A stretch of DNA of 64,000 nucleotides from the human T2T-CHM13v2.0 reference genome, Homo sapiens. The stretch lies in assembly GCF_009914755.1 (NCBI RefSeq), contig NC_060928.1; one strand, written 5' to 3'. Of the stretch, positions 1-15,626 are shown in pieces; the first letter of the stretch is position 1, and every line of letters begins with the position of its first letter. The notes beneath the pieces were generated by a model. The model was not told the origin of the DNA. It searched no databases and saw only the letters and a program-made list of their open reading frames with translations. The position numbers were made by a program, and so were the translations under genes.

Positions 1-90
1 GCAGAAGTTGCAGTGAGCTGAGATTGCACCACTACACTCTAGCCTGGGTGACAGAGCAAGACTTCATCTCAAAAAAAAAAAAAAAAAAAA
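1..90 (+). mobile_element. Alu 3' end with poly(A) tail (truncated by window edge)
   Basis: GCAGTGAGCTGAGATTGCACCACTACACTCTAGCCTGGGTGACAGAGCAAGACT followed by a long A tail. Confidence 0.95.
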
Positions 91-244
91 GAGGAACTAG
101 TCATCAAAGCCTGTGTGGTCATTTCGCACCTTAGGCAATAAGTGATCAGAAGTGTGGAACCTGTCTGTGGACACAGAGCTTAGTTGGTGGTGGTCCAGGG
201 AGAATCTGGGTTTTCTATCTCAGGATCCAGCATTCTCTCCCTGT

Positions 245-421
245 CAGGAGTTCTCACACTTGCAGGAGCATCAGTAACCAAGAAGGCTGGGGAAACAGAG
301 TGCTGGAGCCCACACCTGGACTTTCCGATTCAGTAGGTCTGGGGTAGGAGCCAAAAATGTTCATTTCTAACAAGGTCCCAGGTGGTACTGATGCAACTGG
401 TCCTCACTTTGAGAACCACTG
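245..421. mobile_element. MER5A-like hAT-Charlie DNA transposon fragment
   Basis: GATTCAGTAGGTCTGGGG...CATTTCTAACAAG.TCCCAGGTG...CACTTTGAGAACCACTG, recognised from memory of the MER5A consensus. Confidence 0.75.
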
Positions 422-1034
422 TTTGTTTTCTAGTTAGTGTACTCTGTTCTCTGAGTGTATTGGAGCTGTTGGCTGTAAAGCCTGAGTTTGCATTCTTTAC
501 ACCAAGCAGATCTTTCACTGGAGACAAAAGAAGACACAAAGGTAGCAGAAGAGTGTTGCTTTCTATGTTGGGGTTGGGGGAGGAAAGTTAAGAATATCCT
601 TATGAGATGTTAGGCACGTTCTTTGATATTTTCTTTGTTCTATTTTTCATTTTCATCTGCACACAGCATATTTTTAAAATAGAAATAGTATGAAAACGCT
701 TACGATGAAACGTGGCAGTCCCACCCCTGCCACCTCATTGCCATGTCACCAAGACTAGATTTGTAAATCATGTGCTCATATAGTGATGTTTTGATATACC
801 AGTTTTACAATTTGTTGACTTTCTATTTTTGAGATAAAGATTTAGTTCTTACGCTTTCTACATTCAATAATTCTCTTCTCCCCATCCTCACAGTACGTTT
901 ATGCCACAGCTTTTGGTTAAATCAGATTCCGTGCTTTTGTTATTATGACTAGTAACTGCTGTTGCCTGCTAGCTAAGTAGTGTATTTTGATTAGGTTTCC
1001 CTAATTTGTATAGAGAATTGTATTTCCTGTACCT

Positions 1035-1345
1035 TTTGTTTGTTTGTTTTCTTTTTTTTTGGAGACAGGGTCTTGCTGTGTGACTTAGTCACTTAGGCTG
1101 GAGTGAATGGCATGATCACAGCTCCCTGTAGCTTTGACCTCCCAGGTTCAAGTGATCCTCCCACCTCACCCTCCTGAGTAGCTAGGACCAAGGGTATGCC
1201 ATCATGCCCAGCTCTTTTTTTTTTTTTTTTTTTTTTTTTTGGAGGGACGAGTCTCTCCCTAGGTTTCCCAGGCAGGTCTCAAGTGATCCTCCTGCCTTAG
1301 CCTCCCAAAGTACTGGGATTACAGGCGTAAGCTACTGCGCCTGCC
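1035..1345 (-). mobile_element. Alu (old, AluJ-like)
   Basis: Poly-T then GAGACAGGGTCTTGCT...CCTCCCAAAGTACTGGGATTACAGGC; divergent. Confidence 0.85.
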
Positions 1346-2237
1346 TTAATTCATGTAGTAATAGTTGCTTTGTTCTTCCATTTGCCTGGATTTCTATGTC
1401 CTGTCAGCAGTTTTTCCCAAATCCTTCAAATGCCTCTCAGTAGGGTTTTCCTGGTCCATGTCCAATGGCCGCCCTCCTGGTTGGGTGCACAGCTGTCATC
1501 CTGGGAATGCCCTTCTCCAGGATTGAGTCCCTTGCTCCTAGACCTCATGGCTTCCTCTTTCTATATTTATTTTCCTAGATCACATCCTCTAATAGCTTTC
1601 TGAGAACAAGTAATTGGGTGGTAAGTTTTTGGTGGCATTTAAGTCCGAAAATGTCTTATTCTGTCCTCACACTTCACTGACTCACAGTTTTGAAAGCATT
1701 GCTCCATTATTGTTGGGCTTCCAGCATTGCTATTGAGCCTCCAATCCTTCCTTTTTCAGCAGATAGTTAAGGCCTACTGTATGCTGTATGTAAGGTTATT
1801 GATGCCATACTTATTCAGTCCTTTCCATGCAACTTGTTTTGTTTGTTTTTTTCCTCTGGGAAGATTTTAGGAACTTTTCTCTAAACTTCAGGTTCTAAAA
1901 TTTCACAGTGATATGCTATAGTATGGGTCCCTTTTTATTCATGTTTCTGGATACTTGGTCTGTAGAATCATTTATTTTAGTTCTGAGAAGTTTTCTTGAT
2001 TATGTATCAGGAAAGGGAGCTAATTGGTTATTTTTTAAAATAATCACCTCCCCTGCATTTTCAGTTCTTTGTTTCTTGAAGAGCTCTTAGATGCTGGCTT
2101 TCCAAGACTGATGTTCTACTTTTCTTGTTTCTTTCTTTCTTCTTCTGTTTTTCTGGGAGATTTCCTTAGCTTTAGCTTTCAGTGCCTCTGTTGGCTGTTT
2201 CAGTTATAACTAATTTATTAAAAATAGTGTCCTGTTG

Positions 2238-2430
2238 AAACAGTGTCTTGCTCTTTCACCCAAGCTGGAGTGCAGTGACATGATCATAGCTCACTGCAGC
2301 CTTGATCTCCTGGGCTCAAGCAATCCTCCTGCTTCAGCCTCCTGAGTAGCTGGGACTACAGGTGTGTGCCGCCATGCCCAGCTAAGGTTTTTTAGTTTAG
2401 TAGAGACAGGATCTTGCTGTGTTGCCCAGG
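2238..2430 (-). mobile_element. Partial Alu (AluJ-like)
   Basis: GCTGGAGTGCAGTGACATGATCATAGCTCACTGCAGCCTTGATCTCCTGGGCTCAAG. Confidence 0.85.
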
Positions 2431-3099
2431 GTGATATTCCTTTTTTTTTTTTTTTTTTTTTTTAATGTAAACAATATCTTACCTCTCTAAGGATTATAGA
2501 CCTAATTATAGTTTTTTAAAAATATATGTCTTCTTTTTCTGCTACATTCTCTTTATTTCCACCAAGTTCTTTTTATTCTGTTTGTTTTGGACTTTGTCTT
2601 TTACATGATGTCTTTCCCCAAAAGTCTGATGATCCTTAATTTTCCTTTGGGCACCTAAGAACTGATTGGAAGCTCTGTGTACATATGCAGATCAAATGAC
2701 ATACTTCACTCAGAGGATATTGGTAGCAAGTTAACTTTATAAGGGGATCCCCCTGATTTAATGAGACCTTAATCACCTACCCAAGGATGATAAGATGAGA
2801 TGCCAAGGCCCTGGAGGCATGACTGGGGCGGAGCTGGGGGTGTCAGCCTGAGGACTTCTACTTGATCCCTCTGTTTTCATCATGCCCTGCCCAGGTTCCC
2901 CAACTCCTGAATGTTTCTGATTTAATCTCCAGAGAATTTAAACCATCTCCTGCAGAAATGGAGAAGAGGTGGTTCTGTGACGGTGTGGGCTCAGGGCAAG
3001 GAACCGGGATGGTCTAAGAACTTCTTTCAAACCCTGTTCCTGCTTTCCACCCCTGCCTCACATCTGCCTTTTGCAGTACCTGGTGCCTCTGGTTCTTGA

Positions 3100-3740
<641 letters not shown>

Positions 3741-3959
3741 GAAGCTTTATTTAAAAAAAAAAAACAAAAAAAACTCCTTATGGAATTTTCTTTGCAAAGA
3801 TTCACTTTATAACAGTAAATATAATCTAGTTTGAGGTTTTTTTTTGTGGTGTATTAATCTGTTTAAGTCAATATCTTGTGAAATGATGTGTTTAAATAAA
3901 ACTTTAATAACTTCAATAGAACTAGGGAAGTAAAAGCTAATACACAAAGTTACTTAATT

Positions 3960-4495
3960 TTCTTTATTTAAAATTAATTTAGTTATGTTAATTCACAAAT
4001 AAAAATTGTATACATTTATGATGTACAATCCGATGTTTTAAAATGTATACATTGTGATAGCTAAAATCAAGTTAATTAGAATGTGTTACCTCACATATTG
4101 ATCATGTATTTGTAGTGAGAACACTTAAAATCTACTCTCTTAGCAATTTTCAAGTATACAATGCATCATTATTAACTATAGTCACCGTATTGTACAATAG
4201 ATCTCTTGAACTTCTCTTCTGTCTAGCTGAAACTTTAGGCCCTTTGACAAGCATCTCCCCAAACTCCCCTCCCTTATCCCCACCCTTCCCCAGTCAGCCC
4301 CTGGTAACCACTATTCTGCTCTCTGCCTCTGTGAGTTCAACCTTTTCGGATTCCACATGTAGGTGAGATCATGCGGTATTTGTCTTTCTATGCCTGGCTT
4401 ATTTCACTCAACATAATGTCTTCCAGGTTCTTCCATATTGTTGCAAATGACAGGATTTCCTTCTCTTTTAAGGCTGAATAGTATTCCATATAGTA
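3960..4495 (-). mobile_element. L1 3' end (L1MA/L1MB-like)
   Basis: AATCTACTCTCTTAGCAATTTTCAAGTATACAAT and GTGAGATCATGCGGTATTTGTCTTTCT...GCTTATTTCACT are typical antisense L1M 3' UTR. Confidence 0.8.
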
Positions 4496-4688
4496 GACCA
4501 CATATTCATAAATTACTATCGTTTAGTATTTCATTCATGTGGAGTACATTTTCTGATTTCCTCCAGAATGTTTTTCTTTTCTAACCAATAGATTTGTTTG
4601 GCATTTATTTTCTTACTTATGCAAGAGAAGATATTGGTTAGGCCAGAATGTTACTATTTAAATTTATAATGTGTGCATTAATTCCTAG

Positions 4689-4822
4689 GTTCTTCCCACT
4701 AGTAAAAGCAGCCAAATGATCACCTTCACCTTTGCTAATGGAGGCGTGGCCACCATGCGCACCAGTGGGACAGAGCCCAAAATCAAGTACTATGCAGAGC
4801 TGTGTGCCCCACCTGGGAACAG
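4689..4822 (+). CDS. PGM2: Phosphoglucomutase-2 (phosphopentomutase), penultimate coding exon: [44 protein letters not shown](S)
   Basis: Acceptor ttcctag|GTT, donor AACAG|gtatga. Contains the alpha-D-phosphohexomutase domain-IV motif R-x-SGTEP-x-x-K-x-Y-x-E. 134 nt, ends in phase 2, compatible with the next exon. Confidence 0.96.
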
Positions 4823-5184
4823 GTATGATGTGGATGGCAGCTGGTGTGATTTTTACTCCCCAGACTTCCTAACTGGTTCTATTCAAATGCCAAGTGAAAT
4901 GTTCCATCTTTCTAATAGGTAATTTAATTAGAAATGCTGTTTCAGAACCTGCACTAATATTTTGGTATTAACAGTCAGTCTCAGCATCCAGGGAAAAGCT
5001 TACTTTTTACTTTCTTACTTTTGTCCTAAATTTCTTTGTATGGGAAAATTTTATCCTTATTTCAGTATAGTAGTAAAAGTGCCTTTTTCTAAACACTTTT
5101 CATTGGTAGCTAACACCAATGAGATTTTCTCTTTTTCTCAAACTTCAGTCTTCCCATGTCTCTGATAAAATAAATTATAATCCG

Positions 5185-5488
<304 letters not shown>

Positions 5489-5849
5489 TTATAATCCATT
5501 CCACATGCATTCAAGAAATATCTTTGAGTACCCATTGTAGACAGGTCTGTGCTGGGTTCTGGAGGGGGCACAGAGAGCCTCATCAGAGAGAGTCCTTGCT
5601 GCCAAAGAACTGATGGGCTGGTAGCTTCAGGTTCAAGTTTCTGTGACCTCAAAAAAGTGTTTGAGTTGGTCACTCTGTAACAACTTAACATTTTGCACCT
5701 TAACAAGCTCAGTGCTGTCCTTAGTGTGTGTAAGTGTGATACTGCATGCCTATCCAACATGCCGTTAACCAGCATTTCCCTATTCAGAATACAGTTGAAA
5801 ATCAGGAAAAGTTTTTGTGAAAGGTGAATTAAGTCAGTGCTGTCTGACA

Positions 5850-6355
5850 GAACTAAAATGCAATCCACAGATGCAATTTTGATTTTCTACTTGTCACCTT
5901 TTAAAAGCGTAAAAAGAAACAGGTGAAATTAATTTCAATAATGTATTTTACTTAACCTAGTATATCCAAAAATTATTACAACATATAATCAGTATAAATA
6001 TTATTAATGAGATGTTTTACATTCTTTTTTTTTCCTCTGGAAAAAAGTCCTCAAAATTGATTCAGTAATTTTACACTTACGGCATATCTCAATTTGAATG
6101 CTCCATTTTTATCAGAAATACTTGATCTGTAGAGTTAATAAAATTTAGATTAGACAAAGTAGATTTTAATACCCAGATTATTCCAAACATACTTGTTTTC
6201 TAATAACTGAATCAAGTATCAGTTTTAAAACTTGAACTCAATTAACTGAACTTCATAAAATTAAAAATTTAGTTTCTCAGTGGCGCTTGCCACATTTCAA
6301 GTTCTTAGTAGCCACATGTGTCTAATGGCCGCTGTAGTAAACAGCACCCATCTAG
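5850..6355. mobile_element. hAT-Charlie DNA transposon remnant (Charlie1/MER33-like)
   Basis: AAAAAGAAACAGGTGAAATTAATTT...GCCACATTTCAAGT.CT.AGTAGCCACATGTG. Confidence 0.7.
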
Positions 6356-7407
6356 GTAATTGTGACAACATAGACAAACCAAAGCTTTGCTCATAGAAGA
6401 GTTTTTCCAGCCTCGTGAATCAAACTTGTGCAAATAAAAGCAGATGAAAATTCCTGAGCATCTTAAATTGCCAAGCTAGTAGCAGATTAAATGTAGCAAA
6501 TTAGAGGAATGGGGAAGTATAACAAACTTTTCTTAGGCAAGGAGAAGTGACTGCTGATAGCAAGAAAGGAAATATTAAAACAAAACAAAACTATAAAACG
6601 TGGACACAAGGACTTAGAAAGCTCACCACTCCATGAGTTTATCATGAGGGAAATAGCATTCTACACCCAAGTGAGCCCAGAATACAGCTCCACTCCAACA
6701 CAGTCATGCTTATGGCTCTCAAATGTCAAGATGTTCAATAAAGAGATATTTAAGAAGTCATGGGACTATGTAATATATTTTCACTATGGATTCCCATTCA
6801 AAACCTTTTTGTGCTTAAAGTGCAAAAACTCAACTATTAAGTGAACATATAAAAGCTCATTTTCTAAGAATTCTGGATTACCAATATTTTATTGTAATAT
6901 TATGCAAGAATCTTGTTTTCGTGTGCATTAGATAGTAAGCTCTTTGCTGCTATATTGCATATAGTTTTTTGTAAACATTTCTTTATAATTCTTGCTTATT
7001 TAGTGTTTTCTTATTTCTATGTTTCATTCTTTTAAAAAGAAATGGACAGTCCAACTAAACAGTCCAACTTAAGGATCTGTTTTTTCTGTATCTTGTCCTT
7101 TCCTTTTCATTATCTGATGAAAATATATCTTATACTTCGGAAAGCTTTCCTTTGTAATGATAACACTATTTAAATGTTTAAGGCTTTATGGTATTAACAT
7201 TTTTCACATGGCTTATTGAGTGGACTTAAATTCAAATATTAGCTTATAAATTAGTGAAAAAAACCTTGAAAATTTGTCCTTTTATTATATGCATTGAAAC
7301 ATTGCTTCCATTTATTAAATGGGACATTAAGCGCTATGTCAGTAGATGGATATGTGGTCACGGCTTAAGCAAGGCACCAGCATACCTAACGTACAACAGC
7401 AATAAAG

Positions 7408-7730
7408 TTTTTTTTGTTTTGTTTTTTGTTTTTTTTTTAAGACATCTCTCTCTGTTGCCCAGGCTGGAGTGCAATGGTGGAATCTTAGCTCACTGCAACC
7501 TCTGCCTCCTGGGTTCAAGCGATTCTTGTGCCTCAGCCTCCTGAGTAGCTGAGATTACAGATATGCACCACCACACCCAGCTAATTTTTTGGTGTTTTTT
7601 TTTTTTTTTTAGTAGAGACAAGGTTTCATCATGTCGGTCAGGCTGGGCTCGAACTCCTGGCCTCAAGTGATCTGCCAGCCTCAGCCTCCCAAAGTGTTGG
7701 GATTACAGGCGTGAGCCACTGCACCAGGCT
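7408..7730 (-). mobile_element. Alu (AluS/J-like)
   Basis: Antisense dimeric Alu; AGCAATAA on both flanks. Confidence 0.9.
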
Positions 7731-8009
7731 AGCAATAATGTCTTCACTAAGATTTCCTTCTTTCCTGAAAAGCTTAAATATTATTAATATGCTTTATGTC
7801 ATAAATTTCAATTATTCATAGAATTTCATGGCCTTCTAATCAACTAAAATGGAAAATCCTTTTCAAGTATGTGCTGCTTTAAAAATATATTTTTGTCAGG
7901 GGAGATGTCCTTAGTTTTGTCCAACTTTTTTATTTTGAACAGTTTCAAACCTACAGAAATGTTGGAATAAGAATGCAGTGAATACCCACACACCCTTCAC
8001 TTAGACCAA

Positions 8010-8190
8010 ACTTTGTATGTAAAGAGCCAGATAGTAAATATTTTAGGATTTGCAGACATGTGATTTCTGTCACCACTACTCAGCTCTGCTAATGTAGTAA
8101 GAAAGCAGCCATATGTATAAAGGAATGGGCAGGGCTGTGTTACAGTAAAACTACATGAACCACAGTTTGTTGACCCCAATCCAGACTGAG
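8010..8190. mobile_element. MER58A-like hAT fragment
   Basis: GTAAAGAGCCAGATAGTAAATATTTTAGG...ACTACTCAGCTCTGC. Confidence 0.65.
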
Positions 8191-8384
8191 CAATTGCTAA
8201 CATTTTGCAATATTTGCTCTCTCACCATATATGTTATGTATTTGAGATTTTTCTGTACCATTTGAAACACTCTGTGATACTTCATGACACATCATAAGAC
8301 TTCATGATGCTTCACTCCTGATATTTCAGTATGCATCTCTTAAGAACACTCTCTTAATATTAAGGCAAATAGATAATAATGGTA

Positions 8385-8770
8385 CTAGGCAGGTTTCCAG
8401 TGGACCAACAGAAGCAGTAGAATGTACCTATTAAGAGATTGTTTGCAAGGAATCAACCTGTGCAATTGATTGTAGGGGCCAGCTCGGCAAGTCTGAAATC
8501 TGCAGGGCAGGCTGTCCAGAAAGGGAGCCTGGAATTCTTGGGCATGGGTTAAAGTTACAGTCTACAGGTGGAATTCTTCAGGAAAACCTCAGTTCCATTC
8601 CTGATGCCTTTCAGATAGAATCTAGCCCATCCACATTGTCTAGGATAATCTCCTTTACTTAAAATCAACTGATGATAGATATTAATCACACCTACAGGAT
8701 ACCTTCACAGCATCACAACATTAGTGTTTGAATAACTGGAGACACTATCCTAGCCAAATTGACACCTAAA
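8385..8770. mobile_element. MLT2-like (ERVL) LTR
   Basis: GGCAAGTCTGAAATCTGCAGGGCAGGC...GATAATCTCCTTTACTTAAAATCAACTGAT...CTAGCCAAATTGACAC. Confidence 0.65.
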
Positions 8771-9424
8771 TCCCCAAAAGTCCCCAAAATAGCTGTTTTC
8801 TCCCCAATTTATAATCAAATCAAGAACACTGCATTGTATTTACTTGTCGTTTAGCTTAAATGTTTTTTCATGATGATTAGAGAAAAATGATACTTTCCTA
8901 AACATTCTGATAAAGAGATCCATCTAGATTCTTTTCAGAAACAGGAATTCCTAACCCTGGCTTAAATGATTATAGGATGTGTCCTGTTATTTTTAAAGAT
9001 GTTATGAAATATTCTCAAGCATTAATTTAACAAATGGAACAGTTATCGATTAGGATGGAGAATAGTAACACAAAATTTTTGTTTTAAGAATTGTACCACT
9101 AAACCTTACACGGTGGTACTGATTTCTTTTTCACACATAAAATGCAATATCAAAAACATATCACTGCATACATGAATCGTAATGTTCACTCATGTCATGA
9201 TTAAGAAATAAATTTGAATAATAAATTAGTAATCAGTAAATTCACCAAGTTTTAGTTTTAAGTATACTTTAAAAAATGATTAGCTTACATGCCTTCCTGA
9301 GAACTGTTATTTTCTTCAAAGCACATTTATGGAGAAGGAAAAGAAAACTGATATAATTCATATGTACTTAAAAAGCATAATTACTTTATATGTTGCCAGT
9401 AGGGATAAAAATAATTATAATGAT

Positions 9425-9612
9425 AGCTACATTTATTGAGGTCTTTGGGCCAGGTTCAGTGCTAATTGCTTTATATAATTTATCGCAATCTGTACAGAAA
9501 CTCTCTTGAGAAGATAAAGTCTTTATCCCAATTTTACAAATGAGGAATCTGGGCCTTAGAGAGGCCAAGCCACTTGCCCAAGGGCACAGAGCTAGTAAGT
9601 ATAGAGCCAGAA
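9425..9612. mobile_element. MIR SINE
   Basis: CCCAATTTTACAAATGAGGAA.CTG...CACTTGCCCAAGG.CACAGAGCTAGTAAGT core. Confidence 0.8.
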
Positions 9613-10590
9613 TTAATGTCTACAATGAAATGGATTGCTTTAGCTATTACAGTACTGTTTAGCTATTACAATGTTGAAATGATTTTAACTAATTATAGGG
9701 ATTTCCATTAAAATAAACTCTGCATATATTAAAGATGGTATGAAGAGTATGAAGTAATGGAAAGTACAAAGGATTTAGATTTTTAAATTTAGCTTTTTGG
9801 TGTTAAGTACTTACAGTACTCACACTAGGCTACTTAAGATGCTGGAAACCTCTTTAACTGCAAGTCAGCTGTATCTGTTACTTAACCTTTCAAATGTTTG
9901 TATATAAATGAGTGTTGCCCACAGCCCTGAAAACTTGATTTTCTTAAAGGGATTTGTCTCCCCAGATTCTTGTTTATACTTCAGTTGTGAATCTTTGGTT
10001 CAAGAAATAGATTCATTATGATATGACCACAGGGATCTGATTTCTTGGTGTTTGACTCCTCAAACCCACCCGGAGGCTCCCTATTGCTGTTCATTCTAGG
10101 AAGGCTTTATAGACAAGGCTGGAGCTTAGGTGCCAGTAGTTTGAGGGCAGACATCATCACAAATGTCTGTATTCTGGGAGACTGAGGAGTTAACAGAGAT
10201 GTTGTTTATAAAAGTTTAGCAGGATTTAATGGCAACTGACATGAAAGCTTTCTCTACACCCTTAGGTACAAATATTACAGATCTTTTAGGGATGCTAGGC
10301 CAAAAATTGTGTTTCTTACAAAGTCTTATGAGAAGAGCAAAGGATAACTTTGTTTATAGTTCAGACATTGGAAAAATCTTTGGGAAAAATAATGCATATT
10401 GTCTCATGGGGTGTTTTGTCTAAGTCAATAGATGTGTTCCATGCTTAAGTCTCTGGAGTTCTCTTTTTTTTCCTATTTAGTCCTCTTCTTAAGGTTATAT
10501 TTTCATTGTCACTTGGTCAATGGGGGGAGCATTTAAACTGTGCTTTGGAATAATCCCTTGACCTGGATTTTTTTCCCCCTTATTTTCCAG

Positions 10591-10693
10591 TGATCCTGAG
10601 CAGCTGAAGAAGGAACTGAATGAACTGGTCAGTGCTATTGAAGAACATTTTTTCCAGCCACAGAAGTACAATCTGCAGCCAAAAGCAGACTAA
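10591..10693 (+). CDS. PGM2: PGM2 last coding exon: (S)DPEQLKKELNELVSAIEEHFFQPQKYNLQPKAD*
   Basis: Polypyrimidine acceptor ttttccccttattttccag|T; AG+T completes the Ser codon from the previous exon; TAA at 10691-10693. Confidence 0.95.
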
Positions 10694-12030
10694 AATAGTC
10701 CAGCCTTGGGTATACTTGCATTTACCTACAATTAAGCTGGGTTTAACTTGTTAAGCAATATTTTTAAGGGCCAAATGATTCAAAACATCACAGGTATTTA
10801 TGTGTTTTACAAAGACCTACATTCCTCATTGTTTCATGTTTGACCTTTAAGGTGAAAAAAGAAAATGGCCAAACCCAACAAACTAACATTCCTACTAAAA
10901 AGTTGAGCTTGGACATATTTTGAATTTTTGTAAGTGAAGATTTTTAAACTGACTAACTTAAAAAAATAGATTGTAATTGATGTGCCTTAATTTGCATAAA
11001 TCATAAATGTATGTCCTCTCTGTAATTGTTTTAATGTGTGCTTGAAATATCCAGAAAACCTATGGAGTTAGTAAATTCTGGGCTGTCATATGTAGGATAG
11101 CCACTTTTTAGGTATATGTACATTTATATTTCTATCAATTCCTTAGAAAGTAAAATAAATGAATAGATCAAATGTTGTGTTCATGTTTGGGGAAAATATA
11201 ATTTGCAGAAACCTATGAAGTAGAGCAAAGATGCTTTAAAAAGATAAGTTTTTTTGAACTAAATTTTTTTTAGTTCTAATAATGCACATAGGATATTAGT
11301 ACATCGTACACGTGCTAGGAAAAAACAGCTTCAGTGTCTTTGTTTAATGTGTTGAAACTCATCTTTTTAAATCTTGAAAAACCAATTGTTTACTTGAAAC
11401 TTGAAAGTAGCATATTTTTCTGTTTTTTGGTTGTTTGTTCATTTGTATTAGCACAATTTAATGTAATTCCTGGTTTGGAGGCAGCAAGACCTATGAGCAA
11501 GAACTATTTACTTGACCCTCGTTTTTTTCTCTTGTTCTTGTGTGGTCTGAAATCTAAAACTAGACTTTATTATGATAGATTTCCTATAAGCCAATTTCTA
11601 ATAACAAATAGATTTATTATTTAATCTGTACCTTCTATCTTCTCATAATTCGTGGTCTTACAGCCTTCCAAAATAACTCCAGTTGGGCACCCATGAGCTA
11701 GGATCAAACTTTCTTTATATACTTTATATATTTTACATTATTTCTGATTTTTAAAGCAAATGATTGCCATTATGATTACACTCAACCTAAATAGTTATGA
11801 ACAGTTTCAGAACAATGAAAAATTACAATACTATGTGATAGTATTGTAACTATTTTTCTATTTTAGTCATATGTCGCTTATATCCTACCAGAACTCTTAA
11901 ATCTATAATATTCGATATATTCTACAAACTGCTTTATTGTAGAAGCCATATTTATGTTTATTTTATAATGTTTTCTAGTGTCAAACTGTACTGTGGAGAA
12001 AAGAAATGTTAGATCTGTGTTCTGTCTGCA
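10694..12030 (+). other. PGM2: PGM2 3' UTR (AU-rich, repeat-free; 3' end approximate)
   Basis: Follows the stop codon; AATAAA at 11154-11159; distal end inferred only from variant signal AAGAAA near 12001 and downstream U/GU-rich tract. Confidence 0.6.
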
Positions 12031-12699
12031 TTTTTTTTGAGTACATACCCTTCACCCTCTCATGGAGTTTGTTTCTGGAAATACGAAGTTGATTATGACC
12101 CAATCCTGCTATGATGGAACTCAGTCTGATTGGAGGGCTAATAAGTAACAGCAATACTTACAAATTCTATCATAGTGTTTTTTACAAGTATTCAGCGTTC
12201 AGAAATCTGAGGGAGGGATTCATGCTGCCCAAAGAAAGCCTCATAGATGAGGTGCTGAATGAAATGCTTCACCCTTAGGGATGAGGAGCAGCTGAAGATG
12301 GGAAAGAAAGCCTTCCAAGCAGAGAGCACAGCACGGACAAAAATGTGGAGGCTGTAGCAAGTGGGGGTAGGGGAAGCAAGGGGAGATGACGAAAACAGAA
12401 GCCAAGATGGAAACTTTAGAATGCATCCCACCTCTCTACCACTCACATGAGCGGATGATTTCACTGGACCTAGAGGGGATGCGCCCGAACTCTATTTGTC
12501 GCCCGTATTTCTAAGAAATAGCTCATCCTGGCTGTTCATTAGGTATTTCTCAACTTCTTCCTGTTATGGAATGTAGGGTAGCCCACCTGCTGCATAAAGC
12601 TGGCAACAATAAGGCCACTGGGTTTTAATCTTGGCCTACTGTGAACCAGCTCTGTGACCTTGGTCACCTCTCAGAGTCTCAATTTTGGTCATGTTTTAA

Positions 12700-13075
12700 A
12701 AAGACTTTTTAAAGGGCGGTTTTAATTTCAAAACAAAATTGAGAGGAGTGTACAGAGAAATTCCATAAGCCCCACCTGCCCCCACACATACGTTGCCTCC
12801 CTTTATGTCAACAACCCCCACCAGGGTGATACATTTGGTATAATTGATTAACCTACACACATCATTATCACTTAAACTATGGAGACAGGAAAAAGATCAG
12901 GGATTAGGAGGGAGGGATGAATAGGCAAAGCACAGAGGATTTTTAGGGCAATAAAAATACCCTGATACCATAATGATGGATACATGTCATTATACATTTG
13001 TCCAAACCCATAGAATGTGCAACACCAAGAGTGAACCCTAAAGTAAACTGTAGACTTTGGGTGATAATATTGTCA
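12700..13075. mobile_element. Old L1 (L1MC/MD-like) 3' fragments, probably in two orientations
   Basis: GATGAATAGGCAAAGCACAGAGGATTTTTAGGGCA...CATTATACATTTGTCCAAACCCATAGAATGT. Confidence 0.65.
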
Positions 13076-13095
13076 TTTTTAAAATGAAGATATTG

Positions 13096-13382
<287 letters not shown>

Positions 13383-13516
13383 AAGATATTTTACTAAATG
13401 GTCTTTGAGGTCATTTCATCCTACAGGTCTCTACATTATATGAAAATCCATAAAGGGCAATTATAGTAATAATAAATCATTGGGAATTCTCTTTGGCAGA
13501 ATTCTTAGGTCACCCT

Positions 13517-13895
<379 letters not shown>

Positions 13896-15262
13896 TGAAG
13901 GGGATGAATGGGGACAAGCAAGACAGAAGCACATGGCATGCAGATGCTGGGAAAATGCTTTGCAGGGGCGTGAGCCGTGGTCACTGGCCTGTGATCGGGA
14001 CTGAGAGCTGTCACAGCAGCCCACTCTGCCTTCTAATTGCTGAACTTAATTTGAGGAAGCCTGTTGATTTGAGTGTAGAAGGGGCAGCCCATTTTCTCTC
14101 AATGCCTTGGAAAGAACAGGCCCCGAGTTAAGTGTAGGAGACAGACTTGCAGGAGGAAATAACTATTTTTACTTTTCCTCTTTGTGGTCTCTGAAATAGC
14201 AGCTGTTCCTCTTTCCATTGGGGAACATTGGGAGTACTTCTCATTTATATCTCATTGATTTTCCTCAATCATGATGCTAGTAAGAGAAAGTATTGCTATT
14301 TCAGTGACATTGGAATCCCATGTGGTTTTAAAAACAAATGCTTTAAGTGATGGAATGAATATGTGTGTCCTGTTTTGAAGAGATTTTTGAAAGGATGGCC
14401 TGCATCTCAGTCGTATTTATGATTTCTGCATCCTAAAAGACTGTATCTTCAAAGCTATTTGTGCATTCATTTAGGTGTTTATTGATTGGGTCATGTTGGA
14501 CACCCTGTGAGGAGCCAGGCATTTTTCTGGCAATAAACATGCAGTCCTGATCTAAAATATGGCCTAGCAAAAGAAATACACGTGTACACAGATAATTCTA
14601 ATATAGTATGCTGCATTGAAATAGTCAAGTATTTGAACTATGGGCAAGCAGTTCTGCCATGTCCCCTTCTGTGCTTGTCTATTTTAAGACTACTAAGTTC
14701 AAATTCCTAACCTTTGTGTTTAAAACCACATGGCTCTGGGAGGCTATTTGCGTGTCATTCCCCTGGGTTATCCGTTTGTTCCATTCTTGCTACAAGCATA
14801 TTTGTGTAGAGTAACTCAACCATTGAAAGCAAGATGTGCACTCTTAGGCAGATAACAATCAAAGTTTAAAATAACATCACTTCTTCTATAGACTTCTCCA
14901 TGCACACAAAGCATAGTGACTACTCAAATTAATTGGAGGAGAAAGAATACTGGAGAGGCAAGGCCCTCCAACACCATGGTGCTCATGCTCAAGGTAATCA
15001 GGATGGAGAACAGTATTGGAGAATCTGGTGTTTTCCCACCTGGCTCCCTTGTGTGGATTCTTGTTGAGAAGCAGAGCTGTCAGCCACCTCCTGCTTGAGT
15101 CCAGTGAAGGCCACTTTAGTGTTTGGCCCAAACCCGGTGCGGAATGAAGTTGGGCACACAGACCAAAGAGCCAGCTTCAGGTCTAAACAGCTTTTGAAAC
15201 CATTTCAAAATAGCATTGCACAACTTCCAAAGGGAAGTTAGGGTTGCAAGTTACAGAGATGA

Positions 15263-15626
<364 letters not shown>

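Noticed and set aside
4716-4922. 68-aa ORF as a complete protein
   Set aside because: It is an internal PGM2 exon read through the donor at 4822/4823
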